From: Tepidiforma sp.
GTDB taxonomy: Bacteria; Chloroflexota; Dehalococcoidia; Tepidiformales; Tepidiformaceae
Direction: 5' to 3'
DNA length: 64,000 nucleotides
NCBI RefSeq assembly: GCF_034433535.1
Contig: NZ_DAOUAO010000122.1
Location: forward strand, 5,009-69,008
Part shown: piece by piece, positions 10,451 to 18,472 of the stretch
Layout of the letters: each line of letters starts with the position of its first letter
Numbering within the stretch: position 1 is the first letter of the stretch
The notes under the pieces: model-generated
Databases searched by the model: none
Seen by the model: only the letters and a program-made list of their open reading frames with translations
What the model was told of the DNA's origin: nothing
Program-made: the position numbers and the translations under genes

Positions 10451-10482
10451 AGGGGGCTGGCGCGATGCCAGCCCCCTCTCCG
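10446..10482. terminator. bidirectional GC-rich hairpin between convergent clpP and sucC
   Basis: Perfect 16-bp stem CGGAGAGGGGGCTGGC / GCCAGCCCCCTCTCCG with the 5-nt loop GCGAT. No clear U tract on either side. Confidence 0.7.
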
Positions 10483-10515
10483 TGGCTTTCGAGCGGCGAT
10501 TCGGACGGGCGCTGC

Positions 10516-11778
10516 TCAGGCGGCGCTGCCGGCAGCCTCCACCGCCTTCTTTGCGGCTTCGAACAGGCCCGTGGCGCGGATGAGCGGCAGGCCCGATTCC
10601 CTGATGAGCTGCTCGCCCTCGGCGAGGTTGGTGCCCACGAGGCGCATAACCACGGGCACCTTGATCTCCATCTGGCGGTGCGCCTCGATGACGCCCTGGG
10701 CGATGATGTCGACCCGCGCCATGCCGCCGAAGATGTTGACCAGGATGGCGCGGACGGAGGGATCTTCGAGGATGACCTTCAGGGCGTTGACCACGCGCTG
10801 CGGGTCGTTGACGGTGCCGATATCGAGGAAGTTGGCGGGTTCGCCGCCGGCCAGCTTGATGGTGTCCATGGTCGCCATGGCGAGGCCCGCGCCGTTGACC
10901 ACGCAGCCGATATTGCCATCGAGCTTGATGAAGTTCGCGACCCCGAGCTCCTGCGCTTTGACCTCGAGCGGGTCCTCCTCGTCGCGGTCCCGCATGGCCG
11001 CGACCTCCTTCTGGCGGAAGAGCGCATTGTCGTCGATGTTCAGCTTGGCATCGACGGCCACCACCCGGCCGTCCGCGGTGAGGGCGAGCGGGTTAATTTC
11101 CACGAGGCTGGCATCGGTGGTCATGAGGGTGCGGTAGAGTCCTTCCACGACGCGGCCGAACTGGTCGGCCTGGTCGCCGCTGAAGCCGAGCCGCGCCGCC
11201 AGCGTCCGCCCGATGTAGGGCGAATAGCCCGCCGCGGCCGGGACCGGCATGCGGACAATCGCGTCGGGGTTGTTGTGGGCGACGACCTCGATCTCCTGGC
11301 CGCCCTCGGCGGAGGCCATGATGAGCGGGCAGCCCTGCATGCCATCGATGATGGCCGCGAGGTAGTACTCCTTCGCGATGTCGGTTTGCTCCGCCACGAG
11401 GACGTGCTTGACGAGCTTACCCTCGGGCCCCGTCTGAATGGAAACGAGGTGCTTGCCGAGGATCGCCGCCGCGGCCTCTTCGGCCTCGGCGGGGGTATCG
11501 GCGAGGCGCACGCCGCCGACCCGTTCGCCGCGCACCTTGCCGGAGTAGTTGTCGGGGTCGCTGAGGAGCTTCTGGTACATCTCGGCCGTTTCGGACTGGG
11601 CGACCAGGCGCCCCTTGCCGCGACCGCCAGCGTGGATCTGGGCCTTCACGACGACTTTGCCGCCGAGCTCTTCGGCGATGCGGCGCGCCTCCTCGGGCGT
11701 GGCTGCGACGCGACCGGCAGTCACCGGGACGCCGTAACGGGCCAGCAGGTCGCGCGCCTGGTACTCATGAAGCTTCAT
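10516..11778 (-). CDS. sucC: succinate--CoA ligase (ADP-forming) beta subunit
   Basis: [37 protein letters not shown]-grasp N-terminus and a C-terminal CoA-ligase domain. GGAG SD. No sucD follows. Confidence 0.88.
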   Translation of the reverse strand: MKLHEYQARDLLARYGVPVTAGRVAATPEEARRIAEELGGKVVVKAQIHAGGRGKGRLVAQSETAEMYQKLLSDPDNYSGKVRGERVGGVRLADTPAEAEEAAAAILGKHLVSIQTGPEGKLVKHVLVAEQTDIAKEYYLAAIIDGMQGCPLIMASAEGGQEIEVVAHNNPDAIVRMPVPAAAGYSPYIGRTLAARLGFSGDQADQFGRVVEGLYRTLMTTDASLVEINPLALTADGRVVAVDAKLNIDDNALFRQKEVAAMRDRDEEDPLEVKAQELGVANFIKLDGNIGCVVNGAGLAMATMDTIKLAGGEPANFLDIGTVNDPQRVVNALKVILEDPSVRAILVNIFGGMARVDIIAQGVIEAHRQMEIKVPVVMRLVGTNLAEGEQLIRESGLPLIRATGLFEAAKKAVEAAGSAA

Positions 11779-11826
11779 GGGTTGCTCCGGTAGGGAATGC
11801 GCAGGGAAGCGTACCGCGTCCGCGCG

Positions 11827-12543
11827 CTAGCCGACACCTGCCCGGCGGACGAGGAGCACGGTGATGTTATCGTGACCGCCGCGGCGGTTGGCGAGGGCGA
11901 CCAGGTCGCGGACGGCCGCGCCAGGGTCGTCGGCCCGGAGGGCAGCCGCCAGCTCATCGGGGGAGACCAGCGCATAGAGACCATCTGAAGCGAGGACGAG
12001 CCCTCCCCCAAGCGGGACGGATTCGCCGCCATCGGCTTCGACGCCGGGATCACAGCCGACGCTGCGGGTCAGGACATTCGCGAGGCCCGGCTCGCCGTCG
12101 GGCTCAGCGGCCAGATTATGGTCGCGCGAAATTTGCTTCAGCCTGGCGCCTTCAAGGGCGTACAGGCGGCTATCGCCGACGTTCGCCCAGTCGAAGCGGT
12201 CGCCCCGCAGGAGCGCGGCGACGAGGGTGGTGGCGGCACCCGGCGTACCGACGGAGATGGCAGCTTCATAAAGCAGCCTGTTTATGGCCTCGAAGGCCAT
12301 TCGCAGGTTAAATGCGGACCCGGATTCGCGGGACTGTTCTGCCAGCGAGGCGAGCTGCTGCACGGCGAAGTTTGCCGCCCAGCGGCCGTTCGGGTGGCCG
12401 CCGAGGCCATCGGCGACAGCGCACAGGAGTCCATCGCCGACAGACACGATGAGGAGCGCATCCTGGTTCTCCTGCCGGCGCCTGCCGATGTCGGAAGCTC
12501 CGGCATAGACGAACCCGTTGGACTCCCCGGCAAGAAACATCAT
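11827..12543 (-). CDS. PP2C-family Ser/Thr protein phosphatase
   Basis: GASDIGRRRQENQDA, VADGLGGHPNG and DNITVLLV motifs of the PPM/PP2C fold. Confidence 0.85.
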   Translation of the reverse strand: MMFLAGESNGFVYAGASDIGRRRQENQDALLIVSVGDGLLCAVADGLGGHPNGRWAANFAVQQLASLAEQSRESGSAFNLRMAFEAINRLLYEAAISVGTPGAATTLVAALLRGDRFDWANVGDSRLYALEGARLKQISRDHNLAAEPDGEPGLANVLTRSVGCDPGVEADGGESVPLGGGLVLASDGLYALVSPDELAAALRADDPGAAVRDLVALANRRGGHDNITVLLVRRAGVG

Positions 12544-12612
12544 GAACCCCGGCGGCGGCCGTTCGCGGGACGGCGCGCCGCCGTCAAGTTTCTCCGCTTC
12601 TGCCGGGCGATG

Positions 12613-13179
12613 CTACCGCCGGGCGGCGGCCCAGCCCATGCCGACAAATGCGAGCGACGCCAGCAACGCCGCGGATGCGAGCCACAGGCCGCTGACCCCG
12701 CCATCGAGGGGCTGGCCGCTGCCGGCGGACGGCGGCCGCGGGGTCGGGGTGGCCGGGGGCTGTACGGTGGGCGTGGCACTGACGGCGGTGAGGTCGAGCT
12801 GATTGAGCTCGTAGTTGCGCCAGCTGCCTGACTGTGCCGCCGGCACGCCGCCGACGAGGAAGGTGACCGCCGCGTCAGGCGTGCCGCAACCGGGCTGGCT
12901 GGCGGCCCCCGGGACATCGATGGTGTAGCGCGACTGGCCGCCCTGGACGAAGACCGCGGTCACGCCGCAGCTGGCCGAGCCAACCCGCGCCTCGACCGGG
13001 GTGCCGGCCGGCGCGGGCTGGCCGTTGAGCGTGACGGTGCCGACGAACCGTGCGGGCGGCTCCGGCGGCGCCTGGGCAATCACGGCACCGGCGCCGAGGG
13101 TCACCGCTGCGAGCGTCGCCCCGGCTGCGATCGCTGCCTGGGATGCAAGGCGCAGTCCCGGCTGCACGTACTGAAGCAT
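12613..13179 (-). CDS. secreted protein with Pro/Thr linker and C-terminal hydrophobic anchor ending in RR
   Basis: AGGAGG SD. N-terminal signal-like segment (AAIAAGATLAAVTLGAGAVIAQA) and a beta-rich domain with two Cys. Then a PTVQPPATPTPRPP linker, PLDGG, a hydrophobic helix LWLASAALLASLAFVGMGW and the terminal AAARR. Confidence 0.6.
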   Translation of the reverse strand: MLQYVQPGLRLASQAAIAAGATLAAVTLGAGAVIAQAPPEPPARFVGTVTLNGQPAPAGTPVEARVGSASCGVTAVFVQGGQSRYTIDVPGAASQPGCGTPDAAVTFLVGGVPAAQSGSWRNYELNQLDLTAVSATPTVQPPATPTPRPPSAGSGQPLDGGVSGLWLASAALLASLAFVGMGWAAARR

Positions 13180-13322
13180 CAGACTTCCCTCCTGAGGTCG
13201 CGAGTATCCCCTTGCGGATACAACGAGTGTCGGGTGCGGGCCGGTTCAGAAAACGCACGAATTCGTTCGGCCGCGTAATCTGTGTGTGAAATCGGCCCGG
13301 GAGGAAAGCCCCCGAAAAGGCC

Positions 13323-14615
13323 TCAGCGCCCTGACGAGGCCGGCGGCCGCACCGCCGCGATCCGGTCGGCTCCCAGATAGCGGCGCAGGACCGCCGGGAC
13401 CTCGATGCTGCCGTCGGGCTGCTGGTAGTTTTCCATGACGGCGATGACGGTGCGGGGCAAGGCAAGGCCGCTTGCGTTGAGCATGTGCGGGTGCCGCGGC
13501 GGCGCGTCCTGAGCAGGGCGATAGCGGATGTTCGCCCGGCGGGCCTGAAAATCGAGGCAGTTTGACGCGGAGCTCACCTCGAGCCACTCACCCTGCCCGG
13601 GTGCCCACACCTCGAGGTCGAACGTCCGCGCTGCGTTGAACCCGAGGTCGCCACTGCAGAGCGCTACTACCCGGTGCGGCAATTCGAGGGCGGCGGCGAT
13701 GTGCTTCGCCCGCGAGACGAGGAGCTCGAGCTCAGCCGGGCTCTGGTCGGGCTCGCAATAGACGAACATCTCGACCTTTTCGAACTGGTGGCCGCGCTTG
13801 ATGCCGCGAACATCGCGGCCGGCGCTCATCTTTTCCCGGCGGAAGCAGGGGGTGTGCGCGACGAACCGCTGCGGGAGCGAACCGGGCGGGAGGATCTCGT
13901 CGCGGTAGTAGTTGACGAGCGCGACTTCCGCGGTGGGGATGAAGTAGAAGTCCTCCTCGGCGTCGCGGTAGAGGTTGTCGCGGAACTTGGGCAGCTGGCC
14001 GGATGCCAGGAGCGAGGCTTCGTTCAGCATGTAGGGCACGTAGGCTTCGGTGAAACCGGCGGCGAGGTGCTCATCGAGCATGAACTGGATGAGGGCACGC
14101 TGGAGGCGGGCGAGCGGCCCCTTCAGGACATAGAAGCGCGACCCGGACATCTTCGCGCCGCGGTCGATATCGAGGCCGTCGACCATCGTTCCGAGCTCCC
14201 AGTGCGGGCGGGGCTCGAAATCGAACGGCCGGGGCTCGCCGATGGTCTCGACTACCACGTTGGAGGTCTCATCCGGGCCCTTTGGGACCGCCTCGTCGAC
14301 GATGTTGGGAATTTCGTAGAGCCGCTGCTGGAGCTCCTCTTCGATTGCGCGCAGCTTCGCCTCGAGCCGTTCGATTTCCTCGCCCACGAGGCGCATCTCG
14401 GTGATGCGCACCTCGCGCTCGGCCGGGTCGCGGGTGGCGCCGATCGCCTTGCTGGCGGTGTTGCGCCGGGCGCGGAGGGACTCCACCTGCTGCAGCAGGG
14501 CCCGGCGCTGCTCATCGAGCTGGAGCACGCGGTCGATGTTGACCGGCGCGTTGCGGAGCAGCATGTCGCGGCGGACCCGCTCGGTGTGTTCGCGGATGAA
14601 CTGGATGCTCAACAT
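13323..14615 (-). CDS. serS: serine--tRNA ligase
   Basis: N-terminal coiled-coil arm (MLSIQFIREHTERV..) and class II motifs (FRREKMSAGRDVRGIKRGHQFEKVE, GLALPRTVIAVMENYQ). Confidence 0.95.
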   Translation of the reverse strand: MLSIQFIREHTERVRRDMLLRNAPVNIDRVLQLDEQRRALLQQVESLRARRNTASKAIGATRDPAEREVRITEMRLVGEEIERLEAKLRAIEEELQQRLYEIPNIVDEAVPKGPDETSNVVVETIGEPRPFDFEPRPHWELGTMVDGLDIDRGAKMSGSRFYVLKGPLARLQRALIQFMLDEHLAAGFTEAYVPYMLNEASLLASGQLPKFRDNLYRDAEEDFYFIPTAEVALVNYYRDEILPPGSLPQRFVAHTPCFRREKMSAGRDVRGIKRGHQFEKVEMFVYCEPDQSPAELELLVSRAKHIAAALELPHRVVALCSGDLGFNAARTFDLEVWAPGQGEWLEVSSASNCLDFQARRANIRYRPAQDAPPRHPHMLNASGLALPRTVIAVMENYQQPDGSIEVPAVLRRYLGADRIAAVRPPASSGR

Positions 14616-15118
14616 CAGGCGCGGTTCTCCCGTTCGGCAGCCTCGATGGCGCTGATGCCGAGGAGCCGAACGTCTTCGGCAACGGTCACGAGCGTACCAT
14701 CGGGTGCGGGGAGTGCAAACGCGCCGGCAAGCCGCTCGGCATCGACCCAGAGGTGCGGCCCGTGGGGAATCGGAGCGTCGAAGTCGACGGCGCCGAGCGC
14801 ACGGGTGAAGTAGACGTGGTCGATGTGCTGGTGGAACGGCTGGTCCGGCCGAACGATGTCTTCGATCAGGATGACGGCCGGCGGGGGAAGGACCAGCGGC
14901 CGCTCGACCCGCAGGAGACCGGGCGGCGGGATGACGGCAACCTCAAGACCGGCCTCCTCACGAGCCTCCCGCAGGGCGCCCTGAACCGGGTCCTCGTTCG
15001 GCTCGAGATGGCCGCCCGGGGGCAGCCACATGCGCAGCCCGCGGTGCCACAGGAGGAGCGTGCGGCCGCCGGCCACGATGTAGGCGGTCGCGGTGTGATG
15101 CCGTTCGACGCCGTCCAT
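14615..15118 (-). CDS. NUDIX hydrolase
   Basis: Nudix box GGHLEPNEDPVQGALREAREEAGL. TGATG junctions with lysS upstream and serS downstream. Confidence 0.85.
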   Translation of the reverse strand: MDGVERHHTATAYIVAGGRTLLLWHRGLRMWLPPGGHLEPNEDPVQGALREAREEAGLEVAVIPPPGLLRVERPLVLPPPAVILIEDIVRPDQPFHQHIDHVYFTRALGAVDFDAPIPHGPHLWVDAERLAGAFALPAPDGTLVTVAEDVRLLGISAIEAAERENRA

Positions 15119-16587
15119 CAGTCCTCGAGGGAGCGCACCGGCGGGAAGAGGATCACTTCGCGAATCGACGATTGGCCGGTGAGCAGCATCACGAGGCGAT
15201 CGATGCCCATACCGAAGCCGCCGGTCGGGGGCATCCCGTGTTCGAGGGCGAAGAGGAAATCCTCATCGACGAGCTCGACCTCGTCGTCACCGGCGGCCTT
15301 GAGGGCGAGCTGCTGCTCGAATCGCTGGCGCTGGTCGATCGGGTCGTTGAGCTCGGTGTAGGCGTTGCCGCATTCGAAACCGGCGATGAAGCACTCGAAG
15401 CGCTCGACGAGGCGGGGGTTGTCCGGCTTGCGCTTGGCCAGCGGCGAAAGCTCGACCGGGTAGTCCAGCAGGAAGGTCGGCCGGATGAGGTTGGGCTCGA
15501 CGTAGTGCGACATGGCCTCATCGGCGAGTTTGCCGTAGCCCATGGTGTCCGCGACCGGCAGGCCGCGGCGTCGCAGCTCCGCGCGGAGGGAGTCGGCATT
15601 GGGAAACTGCTCGAGGTCCGGGCCGCCGAATTCTTTCAGGGCTTCGGTGAACGTGATCCGCTGCCAGGGCGGGTCCAGATTGATGCGGTGGCCTCGGAAC
15701 TCGATGACAGTGGTGCCGAGGACGCGCCCCGCGACGGTGCTCACCATCTCCTCGGCCATGCGCGCCACGTCGAGGTAATCGGCGTAGGCCTCGTACGACT
15801 CGAGCATGGTGAATTCCGGGTTGTGCTTGAAGCTCATGCCCTCGTTGCGGAAGTTTCGGCCGATTTCGTAGACCCGTTCAAAGCCACCGACCAGCAGCCG
15901 CTTTAGGTGGAGTTCGAGGCTGATGCGGAGGACGCGCGGCTCATCGAGCGCGTTGAAGTGTGTCACGAAGGGGCGGGCTGCGGCGCCGCCTTCGGAAACC
16001 TGCAGGATTGGGGTTTCGACCTCGAGAAAGCCGCGGTCATCGAGGAAGCGGCGGACCGCGGCCACTGCCCGGCTGCGAATTTCGAAGACGCGGCGGGTTT
16101 CCTCGTTGGCCATGAGGTCGAGGTACCTGCGGCGCTGGCGGAGGTCGGGGTCGGAGAGGCCGTGGTACTTCTCGGGCGGGGCGTGGAGGGACTTGGTCAG
16201 CATCGTCCACGACTCGGCCTGGACGGTGGGCTGGCCGGTGCGCGTCCGGATCGGCGTGCCGGTGACCCCGATGAAATCACCGAGGTCCACCAGCCGGAGG
16301 AGGTCGTAGCGTTCGCACTGGTTGGCCCGCAGAAGCACCTGGAGGCGGCCTTCGCCGTCGAGCAGGTCGATGAAGGTGGCCTTGCCCATGTCGCGGCGGG
16401 CCATGACGCGGCCGGCGACGCTCACGGTGACCCCGGAGACTTCGGTCTCGCCCTCGGGCAGGGCCTCGACCATCGCGATAACCTGCCGGGAGGTGTGGGT
16501 GCGATGCCAGCGCGGCGGGTAGGGGTCGATGCCAAGGCGGCGCAGTTCTTCGAGCTTGGCGAGCCGCTGCGCCATCAATTCATCCAC
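15118..16587 (-). CDS. lysS: lysine--tRNA ligase (class II)
   Basis: OB anticodon-binding domain plus class II core (FRNEGMSFKHNPEFTMLE, GGFGMGIDRLVMLL). GTG start with GAGGAG 7 nt upstream. Confidence 0.95.
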   Translation of the reverse strand: MDELMAQRLAKLEELRRLGIDPYPPRWHRTHTSRQVIAMVEALPEGETEVSGVTVSVAGRVMARRDMGKATFIDLLDGEGRLQVLLRANQCERYDLLRLVDLGDFIGVTGTPIRTRTGQPTVQAESWTMLTKSLHAPPEKYHGLSDPDLRQRRRYLDLMANEETRRVFEIRSRAVAAVRRFLDDRGFLEVETPILQVSEGGAAARPFVTHFNALDEPRVLRISLELHLKRLLVGGFERVYEIGRNFRNEGMSFKHNPEFTMLESYEAYADYLDVARMAEEMVSTVAGRVLGTTVIEFRGHRINLDPPWQRITFTEALKEFGGPDLEQFPNADSLRAELRRRGLPVADTMGYGKLADEAMSHYVEPNLIRPTFLLDYPVELSPLAKRKPDNPRLVERFECFIAGFECGNAYTELNDPIDQRQRFEQQLALKAAGDDEVELVDEDFLFALEHGMPPTGGFGMGIDRLVMLLTGQSSIREVILFPPVRSLED

Positions 16588-16605
16588 AGCGTTGCTCCTC
16601 AGGAC

Positions 16606-16631
16606 GACGGGCCGCCTGCCGGCGGCCCGTC
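16606..16631 (-). terminator. hairpin between greA stop and lysS start
   Basis: Perfect 11-bp stem GACGGGCCGCC / GGCGGCCCGTC with a 4-nt loop, 44 nt downstream of the greA stop. Confidence 0.55.
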
Positions 16632-16674
16632 GGATATGCTCTCGCGCTCTCGGGGTTCGGTCGAACGCCGGTGA

Positions 16675-17142
16675 TTACTCGATCTTGAGGACCTTCAGGC
16701 GGATGACGCCCTTCGGCACGTTGACCGTGACGACATCGCCGACGGCCCTGCCAAGGAGCGCCGTGCCAACGGGCGAGTCGTTCGAAATTTTGCCCTGCAG
16801 GGGGTCGGCTTCGGGGCCGCCGACGATGCGGTACTGGCGCACGACGCCATCCTGCTCGACGTCGACGGTGGAGCCGACCATGACGCGGTCGGCGGAGTGC
16901 GCGGCGGCTTCGTCGATCACCTTCGCCCTGCGCAGGATGTCTTCGAGCTCGAGGATTCGGCCTTCGACGCGGCCCTGCTCCATCTTGGCGTCGTCGTATT
17001 CCGCGTCGTTCTGGCTGGTGCCCTGCTCCTGGGCGTTGTGGATCATTTCGGCCACTTCCCGCCGGCGGATGCGGAGCTGCTCGAGCTCCTGCTCGAGCTT
17101 TGCCTTTCCTTCACGGGTGAGGGGAACCGTCTTCTCAGTCAT
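16675..17142 (-). CDS. greA: transcription elongation factor GreA
   Basis: MTEKTVPLTREGKAKLEQELEQLR coiled-coil N-domain and a C-terminal GreA/B globular domain (ISNDSPVGTALLGRAVGDVV). Start trimmed to ATG 17142. Confidence 0.92.
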   Translation of the reverse strand: MTEKTVPLTREGKAKLEQELEQLRIRRREVAEMIHNAQEQGTSQNDAEYDDAKMEQGRVEGRILELEDILRRAKVIDEAAAHSADRVMVGSTVDVEQDGVVRQYRIVGGPEADPLQGKISNDSPVGTALLGRAVGDVVTVNVPKGVIRLKVLKIE

Positions 17143-17176
17143 GTCGTACCCTTTGGCCAGGTGCACCAGAACAAAC

Positions 17177-17204
17177 GAACTGAGGCCGCGCCTTGCCTCA
17201 GTTC
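17177..17204 (-). promoter_or_regulatory. terminator-like hairpin inside the predicted greA 5' leader
   Basis: The minus-strand RNA GAACUGAGGC-AAGGCGCG-GCCUCAGUUC forms a perfect 10-bp stem and is followed by GUUUGUUCU. It lies between the predicted promoter and the start codon. Confidence 0.4.
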
Positions 17205-17211
17205 GGGCTGC

Positions 17212-17241
17212 AGTATAGCGGTGCGCGAAGAGGCGCGGCAA
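17212..17241 (-). promoter_or_regulatory. putative sigma70-type promoter of greA
   Basis: Minus strand reads TTGCCG-N18-TATACT (-35 at 17236..17241, -10 at 17212..17217). Confidence 0.4.
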
Positions 17242-17263
17242 TCGACGCGGTCGGGAGTACGGG

Positions 17264-18466
17264 ATGAGCGACGAGAGTCAGGGGCGGCCGGAGCCGGGGT
17301 ACGTGTGGCGGCCGCCCGCGGAGCCGCCGCGAACGCCGGCCGCAGAACCGGAGACCAGCCCGCCCGGGCCTGAACCTGTCGCCGCCCCCCGGCGCGGCGG
17401 GCCCTGGCGCATCCTCGCGGGAGTGACCGCAGCCGCCCTCTTCGGCGGGGTGGTCGGGGGAGTGGTCGGAGCGCTTCTTGCCGGGGACGGAGCAGGCAAC
17501 GCGGACCAGGAATCCCCGACGTCGACGACGGCCCTGCAGGTCGAGGTCAGCGACGCCATTGCGGAGGCAGCTGCCCGGGCGGCGCCGGCGGTAGTACGAA
17601 TCGAGAGCGCGACCCGGCGCGAACTCGACGTTGGCAGCGGAGTCATCATCAGCGCCGAGGGCTACATCGTGACCAACGCCCACGTGGTGCTGGGAACCGA
17701 CCAGCTGAAAGCCGTCTTCCCGGACGGGAGCGAGCGGCCGGCCGTCCTCATCGGCCATGATTACCCGTTCAACGATGTCGCGGTCCTCCAGGTGGCGCCG
17801 GTGGGGCTGACGGTGATGGAGGTCGGAGATTCCACAGAGCTGCGCGTCGGACAGACTGTGCTGGCCATCGGCAATCCCCTCGGCGAGCTGTACGGTGCGG
17901 TGACGGTCGGGGTCATCAGCGGGCTGGGCAGGTCGCGCGTCTCCGACGGCGTTCGACGCGACGACATCATCCAGACGGATGCAGCGATCAACAGCGGCAA
18001 CAGCGGGGGTGCGCTGGTCAACCTGGCCGGGCAATTCATCGGCATGCCGACGTCGGTACTGCGCCAAACAGGCAGCGGACAGTCCGTTCAGGGGGTGGCG
18101 TTCGCCATCCCCTCCAACCGTGTGATGGCCATTGCCCGGCAGATTATCCAAGCGCAGGGGCCGATTCCGCGGCCGTCGCTGGAGGCGGAGCACCTGGATT
18201 TGACGGATGAGGTTGCGGCCCGCCTGCCAGCGCTTGCGACCGATTCGGGAGCGGTGATCCTGAACCTGGCGAGCGGCGGGGCGGCTGCCCGCGCCGGCAT
18301 CCGCGCGGGCGACGTCATCATCCAGGTCGGGGACCGCCAGGTGGACCGTTCGACGCCGCTGTTGAACGCGCTGGAAGAGCACGCGCCGGGCGAAACGGTG
18401 AAGGTTGTCCTCAATCGGAATGGCCGGATAATCGAGACCGAGGTACGACTTGCGAAACGGTCATGA
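17264..18466 (+). CDS. HtrA/DegP-family serine protease with PDZ domain
   Basis: Pro-rich N-terminus plus a TM segment. Catalytic triad context TNAHVV, ..D.., and TDAAINSGNSGGALV. C-terminal PDZ (GAVILNLASGGAAARAGIRAGDVIIQVG). Confidence 0.88.
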   Translation: MSDESQGRPEPGYVWRPPAEPPRTPAAEPETSPPGPEPVAAPRRGGPWRILAGVTAAALFGGVVGGVVGALLAGDGAGNADQESPTSTTALQVEVSDAIAEAAARAAPAVVRIESATRRELDVGSGVIISAEGYIVTNAHVVLGTDQLKAVFPDGSERPAVLIGHDYPFNDVAVLQVAPVGLTVMEVGDSTELRVGQTVLAIGNPLGELYGAVTVGVISGLGRSRVSDGVRRDDIIQTDAAINSGNSGGALVNLAGQFIGMPTSVLRQTGSGQSVQGVAFAIPSNRVMAIARQIIQAQGPIPRPSLEAEHLDLTDEVAARLPALATDSGAVILNLASGGAAARAGIRAGDVIIQVGDRQVDRSTPLLNALEEHAPGETVKVVLNRNGRIIETEVRLAKRS

Positions 18467-18472
18467 CACCGG

